Shown piece after piece: positions 13,101 to 25,000 of a DNA stretch of 64,000 bases. Numbering within the stretch: position 1 is the stretch's first letter; every line of letters begins with the position of its first letter. The stretch covers positions 1,674,001 to 1,738,000 of the forward strand of contig NC_092672.1 of assembly GCF_964355755.1 (NCBI RefSeq). Reading direction: 5' to 3'. The position numbers and the translations under genes were made by a program. The DNA comes from Antedon mediterranea. Lineage: Eukaryota; Animalia; Echinodermata. The notes under the pieces are model-generated. The model was not told the DNA's origin and ran no database searches. It worked only from the letters and a program-made list of their open reading frames with translations.

Positions 13101-16100
13101 AATTGAATACAAATGTTTACTTTTTTCTATCTCCCTCATTTACCATTATTGTTATAATTTTATAAGAAAGGAAAATAAATTTGAATTGAAATATTATTAA
13201 TTCAATAATTCTATTGGCTTGAAGTTATTACTTGAGAATCACTCAACACCTTCTTCCTCAAACCATCTCTTCTCAAACCACCATAGACATTCTTCCTTTC
13301 TTCAGACTGTGTCAATCACTTAACACCTTCTTGCTCAAACCATCTCTTCTCAAACCACCATAAACATCCTTCCCTTCTTCAGACTGTCAAAGTCTCCATT
13401 TATTCTCAGGAACTGTCAATTGAAACTTACGTAATTTCTCTGATTGCTTGGTCGACATGCGCTTGAAACATGCGCACATTGTTCATGTTTGACTGCCAGT
13501 ATTTCACGTAGCCCATGTGATCTCCGCTCATTAACCATAAATTGTTGTGACTCCACACCATTGACCGTACGGGGTAGTCGTGTGCCTAGGTACACAAAAT
13601 AACCAATTTATGATGATGGTGTGTTTAGATTAAAAATAAAAACTAAAATTAAGGAAAAAAGGTGATCATTGAATTTTTTTAACTGATTTTTGGGTGTTTT
13701 TTTTTGTTTTTTGCCTTTTATAGAAAAAACAATTACGTACCTGTAAAATTGTCTCAAAGTTGAACGTCATACCATTCCAAAGAGTGAACTCTCCACTAGA
13801 TGCACCGGTGACAAGTCGACGACCCTCAGGTGTCCACTGCAAAACAACCAAGTAAAACATTACTACTAGGTATCCCAATGAAAAAATTCAGATTAATTTT
13901 TTTACATTTTCTTTCAGTTAACCATAAAGAACTTAATGTAATTAGCATTTTGCGATTTAAATGATTGAAATCCGATTACCCGTTCTAAAGTTATGGTTAT
14001 TTAAAGTGGTAAAAAAATATACGATTTTTTGCCTAAAAATGGTGTTTTTTGCAGTTGAAATTGGAAGCATTTTTAAAAGGTTATAACTTTTACAATAATT
14101 AGTTAAAAGTTTTGAATTTTGTTAAACCTATAGATATCACAGAGTTGTACAACTCTATTTTTTTTGGAGCCTCAACGAAACCTATTTTTTAAATTATTGG
14201 TCCGCAAAGTGGTAGGAAAGCATTTAACGCCCATTTTTGCTGGAATTCCCTAAAAAATGAAAAAACTGCAATTTTTCAATGATCTGTAACTTTTGAACTA
14301 CTGTACTAATTCATTTAATTTTTTTTGTACTTGTTAGAATGTAGTGTATATTTCATTAATAAATATATTTTAGATGTGTATATGAAAAAAAAAAATTTTT
14401 TTAATGGTGAAATTTAAAATTATAAAAAGAAAAAATGAAAAAGTATGTTAAAAACGGTGTGTACTGTTTCCTTTCTTTTACACTAATTTTCGGTAAGTAT
14501 AATTATTAGAATATTTTAATATACTTTATATTTATAATTTCAATCATAAATACTATTATATATAACTTTTGAATACGTAAAACAAGATTTTAGGCCCATA
14601 TGATTATGACACCAAATCTAAGTAAGATATGCTCTTTTAAGGCAAACGCACAATATGGGTCAAAATAAACTCATTTAAAATAATCAATGTTAATTAAAAC
14701 AATTAATTGTTTACCTGAATAGTATATATAACATTATAAAAATTGTTTTCTTTTCGTATTATTACGTTATTAAATTGAAATACGGAGCTAAAGTTTAGGC
14801 CAAGTCACGGCTTACTCGCGATCAGTAGTCGCTCCGTTAAAGTATTTCGGTCGCAGTTAATGACTTTCGGCCGCCGTATACAGAGTCAAATGTAACGTTG
14901 GTAAATTAGCTTAATAAATTTCCTCGGTACATTTTAACCTAACGCATTTGCATTGTATACTTGCATAATAAATCTTCCGCACATTACATCAATTTTAAGT
15001 TGTTAAATTAATGTGTAAAACCAGATATTCTACGACGGAAAAGGACATGTCAATCTCCGACATCGCTGCTGTCACACATCTCGCGTCGAGCCGGTCGAAC
15101 TCGAGCGAGGAAAACTAAACAACGTGTTCAAAATATGGAACGTACCATTCGCTGATAGGGTGCATTAATGTATTTAACGGAAAACGCCACAACAAACACG
15201 CGCGTATTTTAGAGTACAATATTTTACTCACTACAATATTCACCGGATTATAATGGTTGGATCTTTAAAATTTTGAACGGGATTTACGCCTCATGCACCA
15301 TTTTAAAATGTAGTTCGCTCAATTACCATGCACAATACGTTTGTAAACTATGTTTTATCGATTTCAATGTAGATTTAGCTATAATTTAATACCAAAATCC
15401 ATAATATTTTTCCATAAACGGTGAATCAAAATTGGATTTTTGTCACAAAATTGACTTTTCGTTACGAAAAACCTATTTATAGAAGACGATTTTCGTATCA
15501 AATTAAAGCTTATTTAAAGCCTGATAACATACAACAAAAATTAATCCGCTAGCTCCAATGGTAATCGTGCGATCGTGTTTTGAAAACTGATGGGGATTTT
15601 CCGATGAGGTTTTCAACGCGCGGAAATCGGCTCGACGGGATTTTAGAACCGTTTTAAAATCGAATTTTCTCGGCAACTAATTCATTAATTTTAATTATAA
15701 ACACACTTATACAAAGATTAAAACAAGTACTTTCAAACAATATAAATTTTGTAAGTATTAATTAAGATTGAATACGATTTATTTAACATCAAAGTCATAC
15801 TACTTTTTCGAATTTCGTCAATATTTCAAAAGTGATACCCCTCTGTGCGCTTTCATTGGGATACCTATTACTACATTCTCTCAATGAAAATTTCTTTAGG
15901 TTTTATGGAATAGTCTAAATCTCTAAACTACAGGAGTTTAATAGTTAAATATTTTCTTGTTCTTCTGAAACTTTTAGGAATAAACTTTGAAACTAAATTA
16001 TTGTAATATTGAATCATCATTATACAACATATACATAAATTGGATTTTTTTTTAAATTAAAGCTCTGTCTACACTATCAAACAAATTTGACAAAAAAGTG

Positions 16101-18194
16101 TGATGTGCCTAAATATGCTAGTGATATGCTCAAATATGGTAGTGATATGCTCAAATATGGTAGTGATATGCTCAAATATGGTAGTGATATGACATCATCA
16201 TGTCCATATATGAGCACATCATATTTTTTTGTCGCATAAAGTTTGATAGTGTAGACAGAGCTTAAGGAGTACATTTACTTACCACAACACAGAAAATTGG
16301 ACATCGGATTTTGTTTGTTGCAGTACGAACAAACTTGGTTGCTACAGCGTTGACTGGATTTTTTATCAATTCACATGGTGACACCAGCTAAAATAATAAT
16401 TAAAAGATTTTAAAGTATGGCCTCTGCTAATCTCATGAGCATATGATTTTCAAAAGGAGCAATCGTCTGGGCAACATAGCAATCTCACAGGCATTGGCTA
16501 CTGTACTCTCACAGGCATTGGCTACTGTAATCTCACAGGCATTGGCTACTGTAATCTCACAGGCATTGGCTACTGTAATCACACAGGCATTGGCTACTGT
16601 AATCTCATAGGCATTGGCTACTGTAATCTCACAGGCATTGGCTACTGTAATCTCACAGGCATTGGCTACTGTAATCTCACAGGCATTGGCTACTGTAATC
16701 TCACAGGCATTGGCTACTGTAATCTCACAGGCATTGGCTACTGTAATCACACAGGCATTGGCTACTGTAATCTCATAGGCATTGGCTACTGTAATCTCAC
16801 AGGCATTGGCTACTGTAATCTCACAGGCATTGGCTACTGTAATCTCACAGGCTTGGCTACTGTAATCTCACAGGCATTGGCTACTGTAATCTCACAGGCA
16901 TTGGCTACTTTAATCTCACAGGCATTGGCTACTGTAATTTCACAGGCATTGGCTACTGTAATCTCAGACATTGGCTACTGTAATCTCACAGGCATTGGTT
17001 ATTGTAATCTCACAGGCATTGGTTATTGTAATCTCACAGGCATTGGTTATTGTAATCTCACAGGCATTGGTTATTGTAATCTCACAGGCATTGGTTATTG
17101 TAATCTCACAGGTATTGGTTATTGTAATCTCACAGGCATTGGCTACTGTAATCATGGAGCTTTTATAGCTCCATGCTGTAATCTCATAGGCATTGGCTAC
17201 TGTAATCTCACAGGCATTGGCTACTGTAATCTCACAGGCTTGGCTACTGTAATCTCACAGGCATTGGCTACTGTAATCTCACAGGCATTGGCTACTGTAA
17301 TCTCACAGGCATTGGCTACTGTAATCTCACAGGCATTGGCTACTGTAATCTCACAGGCATTGGCTACTTTAATCTCACAGGCATTGGCTACTGTAATCTC
17401 ACAGGCATTGGCTACTGTAATCTCACCGGCATTGTATACTGTAATCTCACCGGCATTGTATACTGTACTCTCACAGGCATTCACTACTGTATTCATTGGC
17501 ATTGGCTAATCTCACAGACATTTGCTAATCTCACAGACATTTGCTAATCTCACAGACACATGATATTTTATATCACAGGCATAGGCCAACATAACATGAA
17601 TAAGGTCTACTTTACTTCATGAGTATAAAGGCCATCTGGTTGTAACGGCCGTACATCACGCTGATCTCTTTGCCAAACACGATTCTGTATATAGAAAAAT
17701 GGAATGGGATCAATGAATTTAAACATTAAAAATTAAATTTTAAAAGTTACTAAACTACTACAGTACTACTCTATTTTGTAAACATTTTGTATGGGTCGAA
17801 CCTCTTGTTACGAGAGTGTTCCTCCGTTTTAAAGGAGAGTAACCAATAAATATTATTATATTATTACAGTAAATTTAAGTTATTTTTATAAAATCTAACA
17901 AGAAAGACTGTTGAATAGACAACTTAATTGAATCATCAATTGTAGCTGACCATTGCTTAAAAAACTGTTACTGACCTCCACAAGCTTGACCACTGAAGCG
18001 TTGTAATCCACGGTTCGTCTGGTCATTGTCTTCCTCATACGCTTTCCATCGAAGTTGGTAGCATTAGTCACCTGGTCTTGGTACTGGTTCTGGCGGTTGT
18101 ACTGATGATGGTTCTTATAGAATGACGGTTTAATGTTGTACTGGGGTAACCGCGGCTTATGGAAGAAACCGGGTTGACCTACTCCGCCCTCCAT
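7114..18194 (-). CDS. WDR33: pre-mRNA 3'-end processing protein WDR33 (CPSF subunit). Approximate exons: 17976-18194, 17609-17685, 16282-16387, 13742-13837, 13431-13586, 12984-13081, 12185-12463, 11536-11613, 10627-10758, 9829-9995, 8477-8663, 7114-8198
   Basis: [111 protein letters not shown]. The last exon is low-complexity, D/R/P/G-rich, with an RGG tail. Confidence 0.96.
8730..8880 (-). mobile_element. SINE fragment with Deu/Nin-like core; related pieces at ~31385-31420 and ~55908-56000
   Basis: The reverse strand reads ttaaagaacctagtacatctttcaagacgagtagggggttaccccggtgt, resembling the recalled DeuSINE/AmnSINE core. Confidence 0.55.
9064..9460. repeat. 33-bp minisatellite, ~12 near-identical copies, in a WDR33 intron
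   Basis: Unit tcaggtgatcagttgttatagtataatatgtca. Confidence 0.97.
9579..9650 (+). mobile_element. tRNA-derived SINE head (not a functional tRNA)
   Basis: A-box-like tagcttggtgg and B-box ggttcaagtcc, but acceptor-stem pairing is poor. Confidence 0.6.
10050..10388 (-). mobile_element. Penelope-like retroelement RT fragment (C-terminal palm/thumb)
   Basis: LNFTF...YLDTHI...[38 protein letters not shown] matches the PLE pattern F.D..I...Y.KP...Y.H..S.HP...K..I.....R..R. Confidence 0.7.
10388..10545. repeat. Dispersed repeat with a near-identical copy at ~26008-26190
   Basis: atcttctatcaactaaaagtcgtagttagtcatg...acgctagttggtcatac...cagtaccgttttgattt occurs at both sites. Confidence 0.85.
11055..11370. 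mobile_element. MITE with ~65-bp imperfect TIRs, flanked by TTAA
   Basis: gacaatttgaccgaggac...cgtattagggatgtatatatgattttagaa pairs with ttctgaaatcatatgtacatccctaatacg...gtcctcggtcaagttgtc. Confidence 0.8.
13867..15867. mobile_element. 2.0-kb non-autonomous DNA transposon, 17-bp TIR, 7-8 bp TSD (hAT-like)
   Basis: (a)ttactac|taggtatcccaatgaaa ... tttcattgggataccta|ttactac. There is no internal ORF. Confidence 0.85.
16061..16262. mobile_element. PIF/Harbinger (Tourist-type) MITE, representative copy. Other full or partial copies near 2649, 5838, 10863, 11694, 27905, 29608, 35320, 44779, 50855, 54181, 55774, 59575, 60253, 60816
   Basis: TIR agctctgtctacactatcaaac / gtttgatagtgtagacagagct, TAA or TTA TSD, and an internal 20-bp unit caaatatggtagtgatatgc in variable copy number. 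Confidence 0.9.
16480..17560. repeat. 24-bp minisatellite, ~40+ copies, in a WDR33 intron
   Basis: Unit actgtaatctcacaggcattggct, with variant blocks (ggttattg). Confidence 0.97.
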
Positions 18195-18522
18195 TTCTAA
18201 AGTTCTAAAAATAAAAATCAAGTGCCTATGCTTCAAAATATGAATAACAACCAGTTCACAAAGAAATGTTATGTCAATGAATTAATTAATCTAGGCCTAC
18301 TATAGACTAGGGCCTATTGCTATTCTATCTAATCTCGAATAAATTTACATCGGAGGTCATTGAAGGACTAGGCCTAGCCTACACTCGCATCATAGCTCAA
18401 CACGAATCGCACCACACGCACGCATATATAATTGCAAGAGTCCAGGGACTGAGGGGAATCCGGTACTGAGTGGGGAGTAGGGTACAGTAGAAGGCCTAGC
18501 TACTACGGTGTGTGTACCCTTA

Positions 18523-19098
18523 CCGCGAAACGTTTCAGCGACAGCTCAGTCAGCGCCGTGCCGTGTTGTAAAGCGATTGATCGAAACAAACTCATTTCTA
18601 AAACAAAACTAAAACTAATCAATGAAAATCAATATTTTCAAAACCTTAATTCTACACTTACTGTAAATATAATCTTAGGGAAGTATGCCTTTGTTTAACT
18701 AATAATTACACACATGTATAACAATCTATCAAACTACATGACTCCATTTTTTTTTCAAAGGGCGCCACCATACACAAAGGTCATATAACGTAAGTTCCAT
18801 CCATTTAAACTGTAGGTACTTGGTGGTTGATCTGGGCATAGGCCTAGGTACTTAAAAAAAACATCTATTTTTATAAATATTTAAAACAAAATTTAAGAAC
18901 ACTTACAATTAAAATAAAATAAAGTTATTTTATTAAACCATTGGTTTCAAAAATACAACATTACAAAAAAAGTGACCTTAATTTTTAGGGTTAAACCATT
19001 TTTTGTGGCGGCGGAAAAGAGTCATATTAACCACAATGCAACAGCCCAGGTTATTGACATTTTTTTTCATAAAAAACAGAAAGTCTAAAAAAACACAA
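18523..19098. promoter_or_regulatory. Putative bidirectional promoter WDR33/SSU72 (WDR33 probably has a non-coding first exon ending near 18523)
   Basis: Divergent ATGs at 18194 and 19099. There is a minus-strand donor (cttac, ~18518-18522) and an acceptor just upstream of the WDR33 ATG. Confidence 0.6.
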
Positions 19099-22000
19099 AT
19101 GGCGCAACATAAAATGAAATTAAGAATCGCTGTCGTGTGTTCTAGTAATCAAAATAGGAGCATGGAAGCCCATGGATTATTAAGGTTGGTAGCCAAAGTT
19201 GAATTAAGTTCGAATGTTTATTTTTAAACCTGTTTTTTGGCTAAAAACTTTAGCCTCTACTCTCTAGCAGCTAGGCCTAGTAGGCCTAGCCTAGAGTAGC
19301 CTACTAGGCCTAATGCCCTATGCCCTAGCTAATATATTAGTTTAGGAGGGTTATCAGACGATCGGGCCCAAATCGTGAGACGATCGGGACCCTCAAGGGT
19401 GAAAGACGACGGGCCCAGACGATCGGGCCCAACAAACAAGACGATCGGGCCCAAAACATTCTCGGAAAATAAAAAAAAAATAAATACGCGAATTCAATTC
19501 AATTCAAATAAACATTTATTTCTTTCATATTCATATTTGAGTAAAAACATTATAATTTCTGATATTTTATATATAATATAAATATTTTTTTTAGAGATAT
19601 AATACAGTAAATCATAATGATAATAATGTCTAAAAAAAAGATGATTCAGTTATAATATACAAAATGAAAGAGGCAACAAAACCCAAGAAAGTATCGATCA
19701 ATTGGAAACAAAAATACAATTAAAACTTGTATGTTGGGAAGCCATGTAAGAAGATTATATACTTATATATACAATGTAAACATATAACTACACATACACA
19801 TATAGATCAACAGACACACACACACAAACACACACACACACCAACAGTAAAGGAAGCAATTTCGAAAAAGTTTCTAAAGTTAAAAAAATATTACAAAATA
19901 GAGAAAACAATTAGTTATAATTTGAAATAAGATATTCTTTAAGTTTAAAAGAGAACATTTTGCTAGAACACGATGATGAAATTTTGGAAGGTAGATTATT
20001 GAATAGTTTATAACCAATACAAACAACACAATAATAATCAAAATCAATCACATTTATTCATAAATCGAGAGTACTGTATTGGTAAGAAATTCTTAAAACC
20101 AGTAGTAGAGTTAATTATGGGAAAATTACGCAAGAAAAGCATGTGGACACTAGCACTAGGAATGAAAAAATGATGAAATGTGGCACATTATTTTACACAA
20201 AAAAAAAGGCTATCGGGCCCAACGCTGAAGACGATCAGGACTGATCGTCTTAGACCCGATCGTCCGTGGTCCCGATCGTCTGTTCCCCGTTTAGGAGGAG
20301 GTGTAAATAAACTGATGCTGCTGAGTGATTGTTGTGAGGAAAGACAATGCGTACCTCCTGGCTTTACTTTTTTTTTTAAATTATAAGGCTAGGCCCTTGC
20401 CCTCATCTAGTAAGTAACTAATATAGTATTTATCTAAGGCTTATTTAAAATTGTACATAAAATACATTACGATCTCTCTCTGAACTATATCGTGGTCATA
20501 CCCCCTCTATTGACAAAGTAAAGAGTCAATTGTGTATTTTGAATAAGCATGGAATAAGTACCATATACACATAATGAGTACCTGCTGTATAGAGTGATGA
20601 TAAAACCATCCATCCTTGATTGAGAGCACCTACCTCCACACTAAAATGAGTCATATTAAACTACAGCAATCTATGCCTGGTACGGTAGTTTGCATGGCGC
20701 GAAATCAAAGAAACAGTTAGTTTTAATTTAGGTTGTTATTTGCCCGATTTTTATACAGTTTTGTATTGTTCAATGTTGCATGCCTAAAATTATCTGAAAC
20801 AACGTAATGTAATTTTTAAGTTGATTCAATTTCATCAGCATTGATTTTTAAAGTAAGATGATCCCAAATTCGTTAAAATGTTAAAAATCCACTCCGGGAA
20901 CAGTGTCAGACTTTTTTTTTTGGTGAATTATACTGATCATCTGTGTCAATTGATCATACCCAGTACCGTTTTGATTGTGCGATCAATCTGGAAAACACCT
21001 CACAAATTCAAATTAATGATGTGAACAAACAAACTGTATTATTGAGTTTAAACTCAAAAGTAGCTGATTCACTTGGCATACAAAATAATTACAAAATAAG
21101 AAACTCTAAAAAATGACAAATTTAAAATTCTTCCATTGTCTTGGGTGTATGTGGTTCAATACTGTTTTGATACAGTGGGTTACAGTAGGTGGAATGCCAT
21201 GTTAAAATAATCTGGGCTTATTTAAGCTGTGTGAGAGTGCTAGAAAAAAGGCTAAGTTAAAATCAGATTTAAGCTTTACAGTAAGCTAGAAGGCCATATT
21301 AGATGGGCAATTCTCCATTGGAAGACCAAAATCATCATTTTTTAAATCTACATGAACCTACACTTAAGTGTGTTATTTTTTGTTTACTTGTATGTGTGGA
21401 ATTTAGTTCCAACTGAAATTTTTGTTTTATTAATTCACATTTCTTCAAAAATTGCTTGCCTTGTCGAATGTGTAATTTGAAATTTGAAACTGGAAAAATA
21501 GCTGGAATTAGACAATCCTGAACTATGTACTTAACTCAACCCTTGTTGACTTTAATTATTCTAATTATTTGAGTTCATGGTCTCTAGAACACTAATATTA
21601 ATATAAAGTTTCATGTCGCATCTCCCACTTTCTATAAGAAATCATTCATTTTCTAGTAAATTGGTTTGTAATTCCATTACCAAAAAATTGATTAAAGTTT
21701 TCCTGTGAGCTAACCAATGCTTATAAACTTGAGTTACTTTAAATTCTCTTATTAGGTATGCCCATTTACCTATATCAATTACACATTTTGTTTGGTCTTC
21801 TCTAGTTTTGTAGAAAACTTGGTAACAGAATTACATTTGGTAACGGAATTACATTTGGTAACGAAATTACATGGGGGTATATGTATAAAATAATGTATCT
21901 TAATTCACTATAAATGTCTCTGTAATCATATAAAATTGGTGTTAAAATGGACCTGAAATGGATTTTCGATTTTTTTCATTTTAGAATGATGTTTTGGGGG

Positions 22001-25000
22001 CTATTAGGTGTTGCTAGAATGTATATTGTTACAAAATATAAATTGGCCCTTTTGGGGAAAGCCCCATTTGAAAATCAAAAAAATTCGCGGGTGACGTCAC
22101 TTTGCGAATATATTCCTATCCCTCCAATGGAAAATTTGCAGTTTTTTGGCTATAACTCTTGAAATCTATAGAGTATTTTCTAAAAAATGCTTGTGCATTT
22201 GCAGAAACGTATTTAGAATTTTTTTAGATAAAATTATTACCGTATAAACGGTTATTCATCGAGTAAATGACGATTTAAAATCTTAAAATCAACGGTTTTT
22301 TTCTGGCAATACCGAAGTTGGCCTGGCAACGTTGTCCGGGATACAGCTCCGTGCGCAATGATGCGTATCCATATTTTCCGTTCGTGTATTTTGTATATCG
22401 TTCGTAATTTATACTGCTAAAATTTGTTAGTTTCTTTAGTTTTTAGTTTAGCAGAATTAAATTAGTAATATGAGATGATAATTTATTTGTCACGAATCAG
22501 GCAGTTCGAAAACAAATTTTATTCTTATTTTACTTTGGCTTGACAATGAGCGCAGCAAGTTGTTGATATCGCTTTGGTCCTTGGATACACATGAAACGGA
22601 GCCTCGCAGCATGAATGGGTGGTGGATCGACTCCGCGCTCTGGATTGGGGGCCTAGGCCTAGTAAAGGTTTGGGAGGTAGGCCTTCTAAATTCGGGTTTT
22701 AGAACAAACGAAGTACATTTTAGGGACCTATATTTCAACAACATTAGATATTGAATAAATTAGTATTAGTGTCAACGCTTCGCGTATCTTTCCAGGCCGT
22801 CGATCATTCACTGACTATCGGGCGGCATACACGCTCTCGATATCATCGTATGTATATGTGACGTCGTGAATATAGAGGCTTCCGACGGCCGTTGAAATAG
22901 AATATTGCAATGGCGTGAGTAATTTTCGCTAATTTACCATGGTATCTTAAAATTTCGTTTTTACTCAAAATACTTTACATTTTGTTTTTATTTGTGTGGG
23001 TTTGTGTTAATTTGATACATTTAAATAACATGTGTGAATTTCTTGAAAATCGAAATTCCATTTCAGGTCCATTTTAAGTGAAGGGAATCAACAATTAATT
23101 GATTATTTATAATAAATCCAATTCCTAGTGGCCAAAACTGCTCCATGGAATCACTTATAGTAGAAATTTAATATTTTTTACACAAAATCACTTAAAACGT
23201 TTATAAAACATACTTCCTATGAGCTAACCAATGCTTATAAAAACTTAAATTACTTTATATTATTTCTAATACTAGGCATGCTCAAACCAATATGATTATC
23301 AGTAACCAGTTATGTCTCCTAGTTTTTTTTAGAAAGCCTGGGTAACATAATTAAATTTTGGTATAACATGGTATTATACATGGTAACGGAATTACATATG
23401 GTTATGTATAAAGTATTATACCTTAATTCATTACATATGTCTTAGTACTGTATAAATTGTTTCTAAATGAAGCTAACCAACAATTAATTAATAAATATTA
23501 ATGAATCCAATTCCAAAACAAATCCATGGTACTATATAGAGTCATAGTACAGTATACAGTAGATACTATATTTCCGATCGATGCTAAAATCATTCAAATT
23601 CATTCCTTATACAGGCACCACTTTTAAGGATCTATCTGAACCAAAATAGGTTGATGAAGGTTAATAGTCATAAAGCTGAAAACAGTAGTGAATAAACTTA
23701 TATTTAATATTACTGATTAGTTTGATGATGGCTGTAGTACAGTGTATACAACAGCTAGTTAGACTTCAATAGTAATACTGACGATCTAAGCTTAAAATGG
23801 GTAGTTTTAGGCACTTTGGCCAGAATAATATTAAAGAAATTTTGGCCAGGCTCTTGAATATCACAATGAAAATTAAGCTTCACAATTCAATTTAACATTT
23901 TTAAATTTGGAACATTTTGTTTCTAGTTATAGTGTAGATGACTTAAATACAGTGGACAGATCATGCATATATTGACTAAGCTCTGTGAACCACAGATAGG
24001 CGCATTTTAAAAATATTATAGTAGGTAGATCCAACCAATTCATGTGATGATTTTTATAAAATCTGGTTTAAATGGGCATCAATCATTGTTAAAGTTCCAT
24101 GAGAAGACTAAAAAACATAGAACAAATTATTATTTGATGTTCTATTCGAATCAATAATCAGACGCGTAATTCCGTTACCATGTCATGTAATTCCGTTACC
24201 AGACAAAACTAACCAAATGCAGATAAACTATGAAAATATCCGAAGTAAACTTGTATTAATAAATTAGCCACATCTTATGTCTACACTGTAATACCAATCA
24301 TAATCTTCAGTTGTTTATAGTATTCAGACGGAATCACATGTTTCAAGTTAAAAATTGAATTATCAATTTTCTGTGTAATTCCGTTACCAAAATAAAAGTT
24401 GCCAGAATATCAAGACTTTGTAATTTTTTTTTTTAAGTACAGTAGACTGTTTTAGATTGATAAGTATGTGTACTACACACACATATCAAATTTATTATTC
24501 AAAGCTTACCCAGATCTTGTGGGTTAGTTAAAAAAGGCCGAAAATCATTGTGAATTGTAATTCCGTTACCGTGGAATTGCCCAGATACTAGAATCAGTTG
24601 GACACAATACTACAGTATATCCATCTTCTTATCCAAATCTATTTCATTTCACCCATTCATACAGGTTTTCCACTCTCCTCCTTGCACTGTGTCAACCCTT
24701 GAATTTTAACAATATATGTAAGAATTTATACAATTAAATTTAGTATTAATTTCATCTGTATACTGTGCAGAACCTAATTTAAGTATACAGTCACTATATG
24801 GGTTGGTCACATTATGCAGGGGGCTTCCTAATTTAAGTATACAGTCACTATATGGGTTGGTCACATTATGCAGGAGGCTTCCTAATTTTCCTTACATTTT
24901 GTGTTCCACAAATCCACTAATTTATGTCAAAAGATACATTATTTGAATCCCTCTATTGATGTGGACTCCACAGCCTCTTGTGGTAGTTTGTTCCAAAGAC

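Noticed and set aside
13867-15867. Autonomous transposase gene
   Set aside because: There is no ORF of 60 aa or more inside the element.
16433-17509. ITVANACE / ATVISQAL repeat proteins
   Set aside because: Translations of a 24-bp intronic minisatellite.
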